Source of the DNA: Mytilus trossulus
Taxonomy: Eukaryota
NCBI RefSeq assembly: GCF_036588685.1
Contig: NC_086378.1
Coordinates: 35,092,001 to 35,156,000, forward strand
Length of the DNA: 64,000 nt
Reading direction: 5' to 3'
In this document: one piece after another, positions 49,101 to 60,867 of the stretch
Layout of the letters: each line of letters starts with the position of its first letter
Position numbering within the stretch: position 1 is the stretch's first letter
The notes under the pieces: generated by a model
Told to the model about the DNA's origin: nothing
Databases searched by the model: none
The model's input: only the letters and a program-made list of their open reading frames with translations
Made by a program: the position numbers and the translations under genes

Positions 49101-51712
49101 TTGCAGTGCGAGTGCAAACTCAGGAAATAAGTCGCAAGTAACAATTTGAAAGCACTGTTTAAATAACATACCATACGAGACTTCCGTGACTGTTGCAGGG
49201 ACAATTACTCCTATAAGATGTCATTGTATTGTTTCAAACCAAATGTATCATATCTTCCTCACAATCAGGCAAACATTTTGCACTAGTGTTTTTATATATA
49301 TATATTCAAACGTGACAGAGGAGAACATAAAACAAGGAACAATCAAAACTTAGAATATGACATTGACGTTTGACCTTGACCTCAATTTCATTTTATTCAA
49401 TTAAGAACATCAAACCAAAGTACCTTAGATCTCTATCACTTTCCATTCATACTATAGATCAATAGATCACTTTTGTCAAATACATAAGGAAAATAACTAC
49501 CAGATTGAGTGTTTGTGTCGCTTCCGTCAAAATTGGACAAACAATGCTGAGGTTATAACGAGCAATTAGGTAAAACATTTTTTTTAGGTTTATGGAGGAG
49601 ATGCTGTGTATCGTTTTTTACACACGTTTCAAATTGTTTTACGATACCATTTCGTTGAAAGTGCAGTTTATCAATGTTAGTGGTAGAACGGGTATGTACT
49701 TGTTTATCGTTGCAAGATTATCGAAAATATAATCATGAATAGATAAACTGTAATCAATGTTGTCTATGAAGATGTTGGCTTGGTTTTAGAAGTAGGGATA
49801 TTTACAAATGTACGATTAAATATTGGGAGAAAGAAAACATTTAGCCTGAAGCAATAGTTTGGTTTTCTAGATTTGATATTTTGCCAATTGATATTTTACC
49901 GTGTGTTTTTCTATGTTGTGCTGTTATGCTATTGTTTCAGAAAAAGGGAGAAGGTTTGGATCTATTAAAATGTTTAATTCCGCTGCAAATGTTTGCACCA
50001 GTCCTAAGTCAGGAATCTGATGTACAGTAGTTGTCGTTTGTTAATGTAATTTATACGTGTTTCTCGTTTTTCGTTTTTTTTTATATAGATTACATGGTTG
50101 ATTTTCCCGTTTTAATGGTTTTACACTAGAAATTTTGGGGCCCTTTATAGCTTGTTGCTCGGTGTGAGGCGTGCTGAAGGCCGTACATTGACCTATAATG
50201 GTTTACTTTTTTTTAAATTGTTATTTGGATGGAGAGTTGTCTCATTGGCACTTACACCACATCTTCCTATAACTGTCATATTCCTGACCTGGTAAAGGCA
50301 TTTTCGTGTAGAAAATGATAGTTTAAACCTGGTTTTATAGCTGACTAAACCTCTCACTCGTAAGAAAGGCACTTAAAATTCCACCGCAATAGGTAAAAAT
50401 GTCAACAATAGGGGTACAGTAGTCCAAATAGTTTTTATAATCGTCATCACGATAAAATCATACAAATGTGTCAACATAGAATAAAAGGAGCAAATCGAGT
50501 GTATCGACAGCATATGCGTCTACTGCTATGCATGCGCCACTTGCAGTGCGAGTGCAAACTCAGGAAATAAGTCGCAAGTAACAATTTGAAAGCACTGTTT
50601 AAATAACATACCATACGAGACTTCCGTGACTGTTGCAGGGACAATTACTCCTATAAGATGTCATTGTATTGTTTCAAACCAAATGTATCATATCTTCCTC
50701 ACAATCAGGCAAACATTTTGCACTAGTGTTTTTATATATATATATTCAAACGTGACAGAGGAGAACATAAAACAAGGAACAATCAAAACTTAGAATATGA
50801 CATTGACGTTTGACCTTGACCTCAATTTCATTTTATTCAATTAAGAACATCAAACCAAAGTACCTTAGATCTCTATCACTTTCCATTCATACTATAGATC
50901 AATAGATCACTTTTGTCAAATACATAAGGAAAATAACTACCAGATTGAGTGTTTGTGTCGCTTCCGTCAAAATTGGACAAACAATGCTGAGGTTATAACG
51001 AGCAATTAGGTAAAACATTTTTTTTAGGTTTATGGAGGAGATGCTGTGTATCGTTTTTTACACACGTTTCAAATTGTTTTACGATACCATTTCGTTGAAA
51101 GTGCAGTTTATCAATGTTAGTGGTAGAACGGGTATGTACTTGTTTATCGTTGCAAGATTATCGAAAATATAATCATGAATAGATAAACTGTAATCAATGT
51201 TGTCTATGAAGATGTTGGCTTGGTTTTAGAAGTAGGGATATTTACAAATGTACGATTAAATATTGGGAGAAAGAAAACATTTAGCCTGAAGCAATAGTTT
51301 GGTTTTCTAGATTTGATATTTTGCCAATTGATATTTTACCGTGTGTTTTTCTATGTTGTGCTGTTATGCTATTGTTTCAGAAAAAGGGAGAAGGTTTGGA
51401 TCTATTAAAATGTTTAATTCCGCTGCAAATGTTTGCACCAGTCCTAAGTCAGGAATCTGATGTACAGTAGTTGTCGTTTGTTAATGTAATTTATACGTGT
51501 TTCTCGTTTTTCGTTTTTTTTTTATATAGATTACATGGTTGATTTTCCCGTTTGAATGGTTTTACACTAGAAATTTTGGGGCCCTTTATAGCTTGTTGCT
51601 CGGTGTGAGGCGTGCTGAAGGCCGTACATTGACCTTTAATGGTTTACTTTTTTTTAAATTGTTATTTGGATGGAGAGTTGTCTCATTGGCACTTACACCA
51701 CATCTTCCTATA
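40190..51712. repeat. Tandem array of 8 near-identical ~1,440-bp units
   Basis: ACTGTCATATTCCTGACC recurs at ~40190, 41630, 43071, 44512, 45952, 47392, 48832 and 50272; only a few SNPs and homopolymer indels differ; each unit is a mosaic of a family E fragment, a TGACCTTGACCT-type repeat and a family C repeat. Confidence 0.98.
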
Positions 51713-52006
51713 TCTATCATATAATTCGTGATTGATTATATTATGTTCAAATGTTTACTATATGTTTTCCCTGGTTTTAGAGCCACAATAACCGTAAGAA
51801 AAAAAACCATAATGCAACAATAGTATAATGTAAAACAAAATTATACTAGTTACAGCCTAATGATTTAAGAATTCGTCATAAAGTTCATGTACCATATTTA
51901 AATCTGTTGTCATTTTTATTAGAAACAGTTTTTCGTTTTTCTACAAAGTTAAGCTTTTTTTATTTTTATTTCTCCAGTGTGTTCTATATATATATTTTGA
52001 TATGAG

Positions 52007-52047
52007 CGTCACTGATGAGTCTTATGTAGACGAAACGTGCGTCTGGC
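52007..52047 (+). ncRNA. Minimal type-I hammerhead ribozyme (retrozyme / Penelope-associated type)
   Basis: Stem I GTCA/TGGC, core CTGATGA (52012-52018), stem II GTC-ttatgta-GAC, core GAAA (52032-52035), minimal stem III C-gtgc-G, GTC cleavage triplet ending at 52043. Confidence 0.85.
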
Positions 52048-52354
52048 TTACTAAATTATAATCCTGGTACCATTGATAATTATTTATATTAGTGTACATA
52101 AAAAATTGCAAGAACACTTTACTTTGTAGAAAAACAATGCTTCTCGCATATCGCTAGCGATAGTATTTTGGTGATTTCATATATGCATATTCTATGTATT
52201 TCATAATCTATGTTCATCCATCTATTAATTTTAAAAAACCCGTTAATGCATTCTCTGGTTGAAATCACCTGTTTGTCTTTAAATATATTAACGATGTTTA
52301 TATACGTTTTAAATGAAATCTGAGACCCTTTGAAGATATTCTACCGAATGATTC

Positions 52355-52484
52355 TTTTGTATTGGTTGAAATTGATTTCTATCAATCGCAAGAATGAACC
52401 AATTGTACAAAACGACCGGAAGTTTTTAATTAACAAAAAAATTCTTACTACTTCGAGTCTATACATTTTACCTTAAATGTAAGT
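52355..52484 (+). promoter_or_regulatory. Promoter and non-coding first exon of the 222-aa gene
   Basis: Two opposed CCAAT boxes (52361, 52399), ETS site ACCGGAAGT (52415-52423), donor |GTAAGT at 52479 pairing with acceptor TCTTTCAG| at 53038. Confidence 0.6.
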
Positions 52485-53068
52485 ACAGTTTCTAAATATG
52501 TTTTCTTCTCCTTTGACACTAATATTAGTTTGTTATTACATGCAAGCTTGAGCTTATAGAAGTATAGACATTATTTCAGGTTGATTTACATTGATGACTA
52601 TTTACGTTTTAGTTTCTATTAGAATACATCAAAAATATATCAATCCTATGTTTCATCTGGTCACTTGTTTTAAAAAAAAGGGAAAAAATTCTTACATCTG
52701 ATGCTGTTAACATAACTTTCAAATTGAAAATTATATCCGCTTATTGTATACTTTCGTGTGGCTTAGTCTTCAGTTTTTTTGTGTTATGTCTTGTGTACTA
52801 TTATTAATCTGTTTGTCTTTTTCATTTTTTTCCATGACGTTTTCAGTTTACTTTCGATCCATGATTTGACTGTTCCTCTGGTATTTTTCGTCCTCTTTTT
52901 TAAACTATAGTATTAAGTGTGATTGGTATAAACTCGTTTTAAAAATAAAACGCATTACTACATATCAGAAAACTAATTTTGATTTTAATGATGATCTCAA
53001 AAATTGCTATTGATAATAATAATGTTCATTTCTTTCAGATTAATTGAGAATGTGAAGGGGAGAAAATC

Positions 53069-53737
53069 ATGGAAATTATACAAGTTGACGGAGTAAACGA
53101 TAGTTTGATTAACCGGGTAATGGAATTTTATAGACGAAGGGCCAATAATTACAAAGACATGATTTCTATGCAGAGAATGCTTTCCGGTATAGTGGATTAC
53201 ATAATTGCTAAAAACGACCCATACGTTTTATCAAATTCAGAAATTCTAGTCAGGGACACGGATCATAGTTACTTGTGCATTTATTGTGGTCATGGGGACA
53301 GACAATTTATAGTATACGAAACGTATCCACATTATGGAAAAGTGGAAATAGTAGAAACAATTTATAAGAAATTCATCGATGATATTATTAATACTCCTGA
53401 AATAACCAAACATATAATAGAAAATGCAGTCATGCGTTACTGTGGTGTTGCGGGAACCAATGGAGGAAAGAAAAAGGAATCTCTTCGTAAACATCTTATT
53501 GCTGCCAAGGAAACTTTAGAAATTGCTCCCGATAAAAGTTGTTGGAAAAACGCAACGTTGAAAGTGACTGATGCTTTTGTCAATACAGTCACATTTTTCA
53601 GCGGGACAGGAAAATATAAATTTTCAGTAAATGATGTGGATGGAGAAACTAATATAGTCTATGATGTGTCTAACGAAACGTTGGTACACAACAAGGACAA
53701 AGATAAAGCTTGTCCTTGGGTATGTCATATAATGTAA
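53069..53737 (+). CDS. Uncharacterised 222-aa protein with a C-terminal CaaX motif (CHIM)
   Basis: 669-bp ORF in AT-rich DNA; ATCATGG start context 31 nt after a splice acceptor; ends KDKDKACPWVCHIM-stop; no family recognised. Confidence 0.75.
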   Translation: MEIIQVDGVNDSLINRVMEFYRRRANNYKDMISMQRMLSGIVDYIIAKNDPYVLSNSEILVRDTDHSYLCIYCGHGDRQFIVYETYPHYGKVEIVETIYKKFIDDIINTPEITKHIIENAVMRYCGVAGTNGGKKKESLRKHLIAAKETLEIAPDKSCWKNATLKVTDAFVNTVTFFSGTGKYKFSVNDVDGETNIVYDVSNETLVHNKDKDKACPWVCHIM

Positions 53738-54552
53738 TTAAAACAGCATTTAGTTCTTTACGAAGTGTTCTTTTTTATAGACATATTTAAACCGGTGTCA
53801 TTAAATCCAATGTAGCGTTTTGGAAGAGTGCCAATGCCTCTCTGTGCACGTTAAAGAAACCTTACAACAACACTCTGAGGAGTTCGTAGACGGAATGTTA
53901 CAAATCAAACTGTCAACCCCTTAACCTCTTTTTAAACATACTCATTTCCTAGTGATAGTCTAATCTTCAAGACATTCGTCACAAACTATGCAGTACATAC
54001 ATTTTTTTTTTATATAAACAAAACAAACGATTCCATGTCGAAAGGTCTAAACAATTGATAATACAAAAAAAATGTGCTTTTTGGGAAACTTAGGATTGAG
54101 ACAAATAAGCATCAACAAATCAGATGAGAAATACATGCGGCTTTTGTTGGACAGTTCCTGTTGCATCATCTGTCTTCTCCATGACAAGTACAACTACGGT
54201 GAGAAACAAAAAATAAAAATGAAATACGCACGAAACTCTGTCAAAAAATACTAGTAATAGAAAATAGCCGTTGCCCTCTGTGTATTAATATTTTTTTCTT
54301 ATTAATCTATTCAATAAAGGCGAAATTCTTTTTTAAAAATGTCTTCATATCACTTCCGTGTAGGCTATTTCTTAAATTCTGGCAGCCTGTGGGACAAGAT
54401 CGAGAGGGTGTAAAGAAGTCGGTACTCATTTAGCAAAACAACTAGTAAAAAACTGTTTATTGATTTAAATCAAAATGCTCCTGCTAAAAACAGTTAAACA
54501 TACTATCCTTTCAATTTAGGCTGTTTTAATCATGAACAGTTGTTTTACGCGC

Positions 54553-57500
54553 GGTATTTGCCTAAATGGCAGTCAAATTATATCTTCCTCTTTGTTATAT
54601 TATTGTTAGTAGTAAGATGTTTATGACATTCTTTAAAAGAAACAATGTGTATTGATATAAGGTGTGCTCTCAGAATATTTATTGATCCCGCTATTATGTT
54701 TTTTTTACATTCCTGGTGCTGATAGATCTTGATGTGCGATAAACTGTAGTCCAGACAATAATAGGCAACTTACTATTAGACTCGACCAAAATCAGACAAA
54801 TGAGAGTCACAAAGATGCGAAGATTTGGCAACATGATTGAGTCCAACAAATGAAAATCACCAGCATCATTATTTTATGAATGTTTAATTAAAAAAAAGTA
54901 TGACTTTTTAGTCTTACCATATAGTTCAAATCATTATTAAGTATCGCTACTGGAATTCATATGCCTCTACAGAAAAACTTCATCACTACAATGAATACAA
55001 AACTATAAATATTATAACGAGCATTAAGCATGTAAGCTACACCAAAAAACTACTTTTTGGTTGCCTAAAAAACTTACAATTTAAAAACAATATGAATTTT
55101 CCTTTCCTCCATAAAGAATGTAAAAATGATATATTGTTTTAGCAGAAATTATTCTTCATGTACATCAAAAACAACAAAAACAAGGAACAATTGTTGTTCT
55201 TCGTCTCAAAGTCTCGATCCTGACTTCAGATTTTAGACTTCCCGTAGCACCTTTTTGAGTGATTTTTTTTTGGAAAACTGACAATCACGTCATAACAGTA
55301 CGTTAACTTTAAAAGTTTAATGTTGAACGAGTACATGAACAATCAGTGATACAAAAAAATATCTCACATATATAGCATGTTTTTTTCATAAAAAAGAATA
55401 GACATAAAGAATATATGTTTAACGGCGATGCATAATTCCTATACGAAAAGATAACACAAATATCCCTTTTGACAACTATACATATTCAACTTGTGTTATG
55501 AGAAGTGTCCCGTAGAAATAGAAAGTAAAATGGATATTTTAACGCATCAGCATTTCCAATATATTGCAACATAAATATTGTAGTTTCCCAGTAAAATGAT
55601 TCTTTTTCGATTTCATTGGGGGGGAAATATATTTAGTCAACTACAGACTATCCATTTTCTTTAAATGTAACTGATTAAAGGTAAACGCCCATTTCTATTG
55701 CAGTATCATATACCTCATTATAACGAACAACAAGAAATTGTACTCTTTCGACAAATTATGTAAACAAAAACAAGTAATATTCAACGTCATCATCAACAAA
55801 TGTGTTACAAAACATGAAACTAATCGAATGTGTTTATGTAAAACATCAAAGTTGCATATATTTGTTCTATGTTACTTACGTAACAATATTCAAATTAATT
55901 CATAGACATTTTATGATATTTTATAAGTACTTTTGTTAGGTTCTTCATGTACTAAACGGTATCGGTTTTGCATTCTTTTAAATTTCGGACATTGATCAAG
56001 ATATGTTCAAATCCTGGACAATGGGTTCATTCGGGGTAGTTGCCTAATTGGCAGTCAAAATATATCTTTTTTGTTATATTATTGTTAGTAGTAATGTGTT
56101 ATTGAGTCATGACATTTTTGAAAAGAAACAATGTGTATTGATATAAGGTGTGCTCTCAGAATTCTTATTGATCCCGCTATTATGTTTTTTACGTTCCTGG
56201 TGCTGATAGATCTTGATGCGCGATAAAATGTAGTCCAGACAATACAAGGCAAATTACTATTAGACCCGGCACAAAATCAGACAAATGAGTCACAAAGATG
56301 CGAAGATTTGCCAACATGATTGAGTCCAACAAATGAAAATCACCAGCATCATTATTTTTGTAGTTTTTGTTAAAAAAAATATGAAATTTTAGACTTACCA
56401 TATAGTTCAAATCATTATTAAGTATCGCTACTGGAATTCATATGCCTCTACAGCAAAACTTCATCATTACAATGAAGAAAACTATAAATATTATAACGAG
56501 CATTAAGTATGTAAGCTACACCAAACAAAATACTGTTTGGTTGCCTAGAAAACTTACAATTTAAAAACAATATGAATTTCACTTTCCTCCATAAAGAATG
56601 TTAAAATGAATATATTGTTTTAGCAGAATTTTTTTTCATGTACAGCAAAAACAAAAAAAATAAGGAACAACTTTTTTTTGTAATTCTTCCTGTCAAAGTC
56701 TCGTTCCTGTCTTCAAATTTTAGACTTCCAGTACCACCTATTTGGACGATTTTTTTTGAAAACTGACAATCACGTCATAACAGTACGTTAACTTTAAAAG
56801 TTTAATGTTGAACGAATACATGAACAATTAGTGATACAGAAAGAAATATCTCACATATATAGCATGTTTTATTTTCATGAAAAATAATAGACATAGAGAA
56901 TATTTTTTACCGACAATGCATAATTCCTAAATGAAAAGATAACACAAATATTTCTTTCGACAACTAAACATATTCAACTTGTGGTATGATAAGTGTCCCG
57001 TAGAAATAGAAAGTAAAATGGTTATTTTAACGCATCAGCATTTCCAATATATTGCAACATACATATTGTAGTTTCCCAGTAAAATGATCCTTTTTTGATT
57101 TCATTGGGGAAAATATATTAAGTCAACTGCAGATTAGCCATTGTCTTCAAATGTAACTGATTAAAGGTAAAACGCCCATTTCTATTGCAGTAATATATAC
57201 ATCATTATAACGAACAACAAGAAATTGTACTCTTTCGTCAAATTATGTAGACAAAAACAAGTAATAGTTAACGTCGTTATCAACAAATGTGTTACAAAAC
57301 ATGAAACTAATCGACTTGTTTGTGTAAAACATCAAAGCTGTATATATTTGTTCTATGTTACTTACGTAACAAAATCAAATTAATTCATTGACATTTTATG
57401 ACATTTTATAAGTACTTTTGTTAGGTTCTTCATGCACTTAACGGCATCGGGTTTGCATACTTTTAAATTTCGGACATTGACCAAGATATGTTCAAATCCT

Positions 57501-58833
57501 GGACAAATGGTTCATTCGGGGTAGTTGCCTAAATAGCAGTCAATAAAAGGCAACTTACTTTTAGACCCGACACAAAATCAGACAAATGAGTCACAAAGAT
57601 GCGAAGATTTGCCAACATGATTGAGTTCAACAAATGAAAATCACCAGCATCATTATTTATGTAGTTTTAGTTAAAAAAAAAAGTATGACTTTTTAGACTT
57701 ACCATAAAGTTCAAATCATTATTAAGTATCGCTACTGGAATTCATATGCCTCTACATGAAAACTTCATCATTACAATGAAGAAAACTATAAATATTATAA
57801 CGAGCATTAAGAATGCAAGCTATAACAAAAATCTACGTTTGGTTGCCTAGAAAACTTACAATTTAAAAACAATATGAATTTCACTTTCCCCCGTAAAGAA
57901 TGTAAAAAAGAATACATTGTTTAAGCAGAAATTATTCTTCATGTACAGTAAAAACAACAAAAATAAGAAACAACGCTTTTTTTGTTATTTTTCGTTTCAA
58001 AGTCTCGTTCCTGTCTTCAAATTTTAGACTTCCCGTAGCACCTATTTGAGAGAATTTTTGTGAAAATTGACAATCACGTCATAACAGTACGTTAACTTTA
58101 AAAGTTTCATGTTGAACGAGTACATGAACAATCAGTGATACAAAAAAAATATCTCACATATATAGCATGTTTTTTCATGAAAAAGAATAGACATAAAGAA
58201 TAAGTTTTTACCGACAATGCATAACTCCTATATGAAAAGATAACACAAATATTCCTTTTGACAACTATACATATTCAACTTGTGTTATGAGAAGTGTCCC
58301 GTAGAAATAGAAAGTAAAATGGATATTTTTAAGCATCAGCATTTCCAATACATTGCAACATACATATTGTAGTTTCCAAGTAAAATGATTCTTTTTCGAT
58401 TTCATTTGGGAAAAAATATATTTAGTCAACTGCGGACTAGCCATTTTCTTTAAATGTAACTGATTAAAGGTAAAACGCCAATTTCTATTGCAGTATCATA
58501 TACCTCATTATAACGAACAACAAGAAATTGTACTCTTTCGACAAATTATGTAGACAAAAACAAGTAATATTCAACGTCATTATCAACAAATGTGTTACAA
58601 AACATGAAAATAATCGAGTCAGATTATGTAAAACATCAAAGCTGCATATATTTGTTCTATGTTACTTCCGTAACAATATTCAAATTAATTTATTGACATT
58701 TTATGATATGTTATAAGTACTTTTGTTAGGTTCTTCGTGTACTAAACGGTATCGGTTTTGCATACTTTTAAATTTCGCACATTGACCAAAATATGTTCAA
58801 ATCCTTGACAGTTGTTTAATTCGGGATAGTTGC
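54553..58833. repeat. Diverged tandem repeat, 3 units of ~1.48 kb (third unit internally deleted)
   Basis: GGTA.TTGCCTAA...GCAGTCAA recurs at ~54553, 56035 and 57520; units are ~1482, ~1485 and ~1305 bp with many substitutions. Confidence 0.95.
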
Positions 58834-58889
58834 ATTTAAGTTAATACATGTAGCAATCAAAGTATTCTTCCATTAAAAAAAATCCATAC

Positions 58890-59245
58890 TTTACTGTTAT
58901 ACCACTGTCCCATGTTAGGGGAGGGTTGGGATCCCGCTATCATGTTTAACCCCGCCACATTATTTATGTATGTGCCTGTCCCAAGTCAGGAGCCTGTAAT
59001 TCAGTGGTTGTCGTTTGTTTATGTGTTACATATTTGTTTGTTTTTTTACATAAATTAGGCCATTAGTTTTCTCGCTTGAATTGTTTTACATTGTCTTATC
59101 GGGGCCTTTTATAGCTGACTATATGCGGTATGGGCTTTGTTCATTGTTGAAGGCCGTACGGTGACCTATAATTATCAATGTTTGTGTCATTTTGGTCTTT
59201 TGTGGATAGTTGTCTCATTGGCAATCATACCACATCTTCTTTTTA
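58890..59245 (+). repeat. Short interspersed repeat, family B (near full length)
   Basis: CACTGTCCCA.GTTAGGGG...CCAAGTCAGGAGCC...GGCAATCATACCACATCTTCTTTT; inverse of 16658-17080. Confidence 0.85.
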
Positions 59246-59369
59246 ATATTTACAATGTATAATGAACACTGCTGTAAGATATTATAGTAAAAACTCAAAT
59301 AATTTCAAAAGGAAATCAATATTCCTTCCGTCAACGATCAAAACAAGGTCATTATTTCCTTGTTGACTT

Positions 59370-59920
59370 TTTCTAGAATGGTGTCAAACGTGCCATTTGT
59401 ATCCAAAGATGTCGAGAAAGATGTTAACGCGAGATTTGGATCTCATATCACGTTGAACTCTTTACATGACGATATGCAGTCAACATATCTCATTTGACAT
59501 TCAACTCAAACAGCACTGATCCGTGTTCACGGATTTATGAGTTTGAACAGCGGTATACTTCTGTTGCCTTTATTCATCATGACAGTATATACGCACTAGA
59601 CAACAACTCAAGTGTAATATTGCTGATATTGGATCTAACAGCAGAGTTCGGCGTGATCGATCAAGACATTTTATTCGATAGTCTACAGTATACTTTTGGT
59701 ATATCTGGAACAGCCTTATCGTGGCTTCGTTCATACTTGACTAATAGGTCACAATGTGTCTCCAATGTGTCTGTTCACTCCGACAATATGGTTCTGAAAT
59801 ATGGTGTTCCACAGGGCTTTGTCATGGGACTGAGACTTTATTCCATGTTTCCGTTCCCGGTTGTTGACATATATAACAAGCATGGCATGACATACCACTG
59901 CTATGCACATATATACACAA
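59370..59920 (+). pseudogene. Degenerate L2/CR1-clade LINE reverse transcriptase fragment
   Basis: LLILDLTAEFGVIDQDIL, GISGTALSWLRSYLTNRSQ, YGVPQG and HCYA (YADD destroyed); interrupted by a family D fragment at ~59520-59575. Confidence 0.85.
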
Positions 59921-60296
59921 ATCTATTGATATTTAGATTCTAATTCAACTTTTGATAGAATTGAGAGTTTAAGAATTACAATATATGTCAACTTTATTGT
60001 TTACACTCCCTAGCAACAAAATTTAGACATTTTGACACAAGGCTTATATTTGTACTCTATATGCTTCTGAAAAATTGAGCTGTATGTAGTAGCCTAAGTA
60101 TTCAACGCTTTGTTTTTTTTCTTGCCAATATATCAAATTATCATTCTTATCATGTTTTAATGCTACATTTTAACATATATTAAATGTATAGTTGATTCAG
60201 ATGTAAGAAATTGATTTCCTATTACCAAGTTTTTTAATCAAGTCTTTGGTATGCAATAAACATGAAAATTTACATTTGCCTGCTTGAAATTGCTCA

Positions 60297-60867
60297 AGGA
60301 GTAAGTTCGGTAAGGGCCATATTTGGTCCCAATTATAAAGTTCATAGTAACAAGACAATACATGTTTTAAGTTGCCATTAAGACATGTTAGAAAGTTAAA
60401 CAGAACAGTTTTTGTCAAAGTTTAATTCTAACACGTTGATTTTTACATCCAAAAAAGGTCAAGATTTTGGTGAAATTTGACAAAATCAGCTGGATTTCAA
60501 CCAAATAAAGGACCAGGAAACATAGAGCGCAGGCGTCGACAAGCTTAAGATTCAAATAAGACATGTGAAATGTCTTCACAAACATTGTTTTTAAAGATCT
60601 TTGTTGTCGACGTATGCGCTCTATGGTTCCTGTCCAATAATCTATGGAAATTTACCCATTTTCATTGTTTTTTTCGTGAAAAATCAACATTTGTACAACT
60701 TGTGACGTCATAATGAAACGCAGAAACGTAAAATTTTCAACAAAATGGTTTATATCGTAGCTAGTCAATGTATTAGCTATACTTTATCGTGATATTGGTC
60801 GATAAATCCGAAATTGAAATTTACGCTAAAAAGTGGGCCATTTTAGGACCTTATCGAACATACTCCT
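60297..60867. mobile_element. MITE with AGGAGTA termini (related to 26452-26931)
   Basis: TIR AGGAGTAAGTTCGGTAAGG / CCTTATCGAACATACTCCT; internal inverted repeat CATAGAGCGCAGGCGTCGACAA / TTGTCGACGTATGCGCTCTATG. Confidence 0.75.

Noticed and set aside
40190-51712. CRISPR-like or rDNA/histone-type array
   Set aside because: No short repeat-spacer structure and no rRNA, 5S, snRNA or histone sequence recognisable in the unit.
41456-51724. Repeated 61-65 aa ORFs in the 1,440-bp array
   Set aside because: They start at TTG, lie within a family C repeat and are disrupted by a homopolymer indel or stop in three units.
56393-56460. Exon-like segment with minus-strand AG and GTAAGT signals in each 1.48-kb unit
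   Set aside because: Stop codons in all three frames; cannot be supported as coding, and there is no evidence for a non-coding exon.
40190-58833. Similar unit sizes (1,440 and ~1,480 bp) as nucleosome multiples
   Set aside because: Two data points and an unknown nucleosome repeat length; any size can be fitted.
59494-59943. Functional 149-aa RT protein
   Set aside because: Chimeric with an inserted repeat, and the catalytic YADD is lost.
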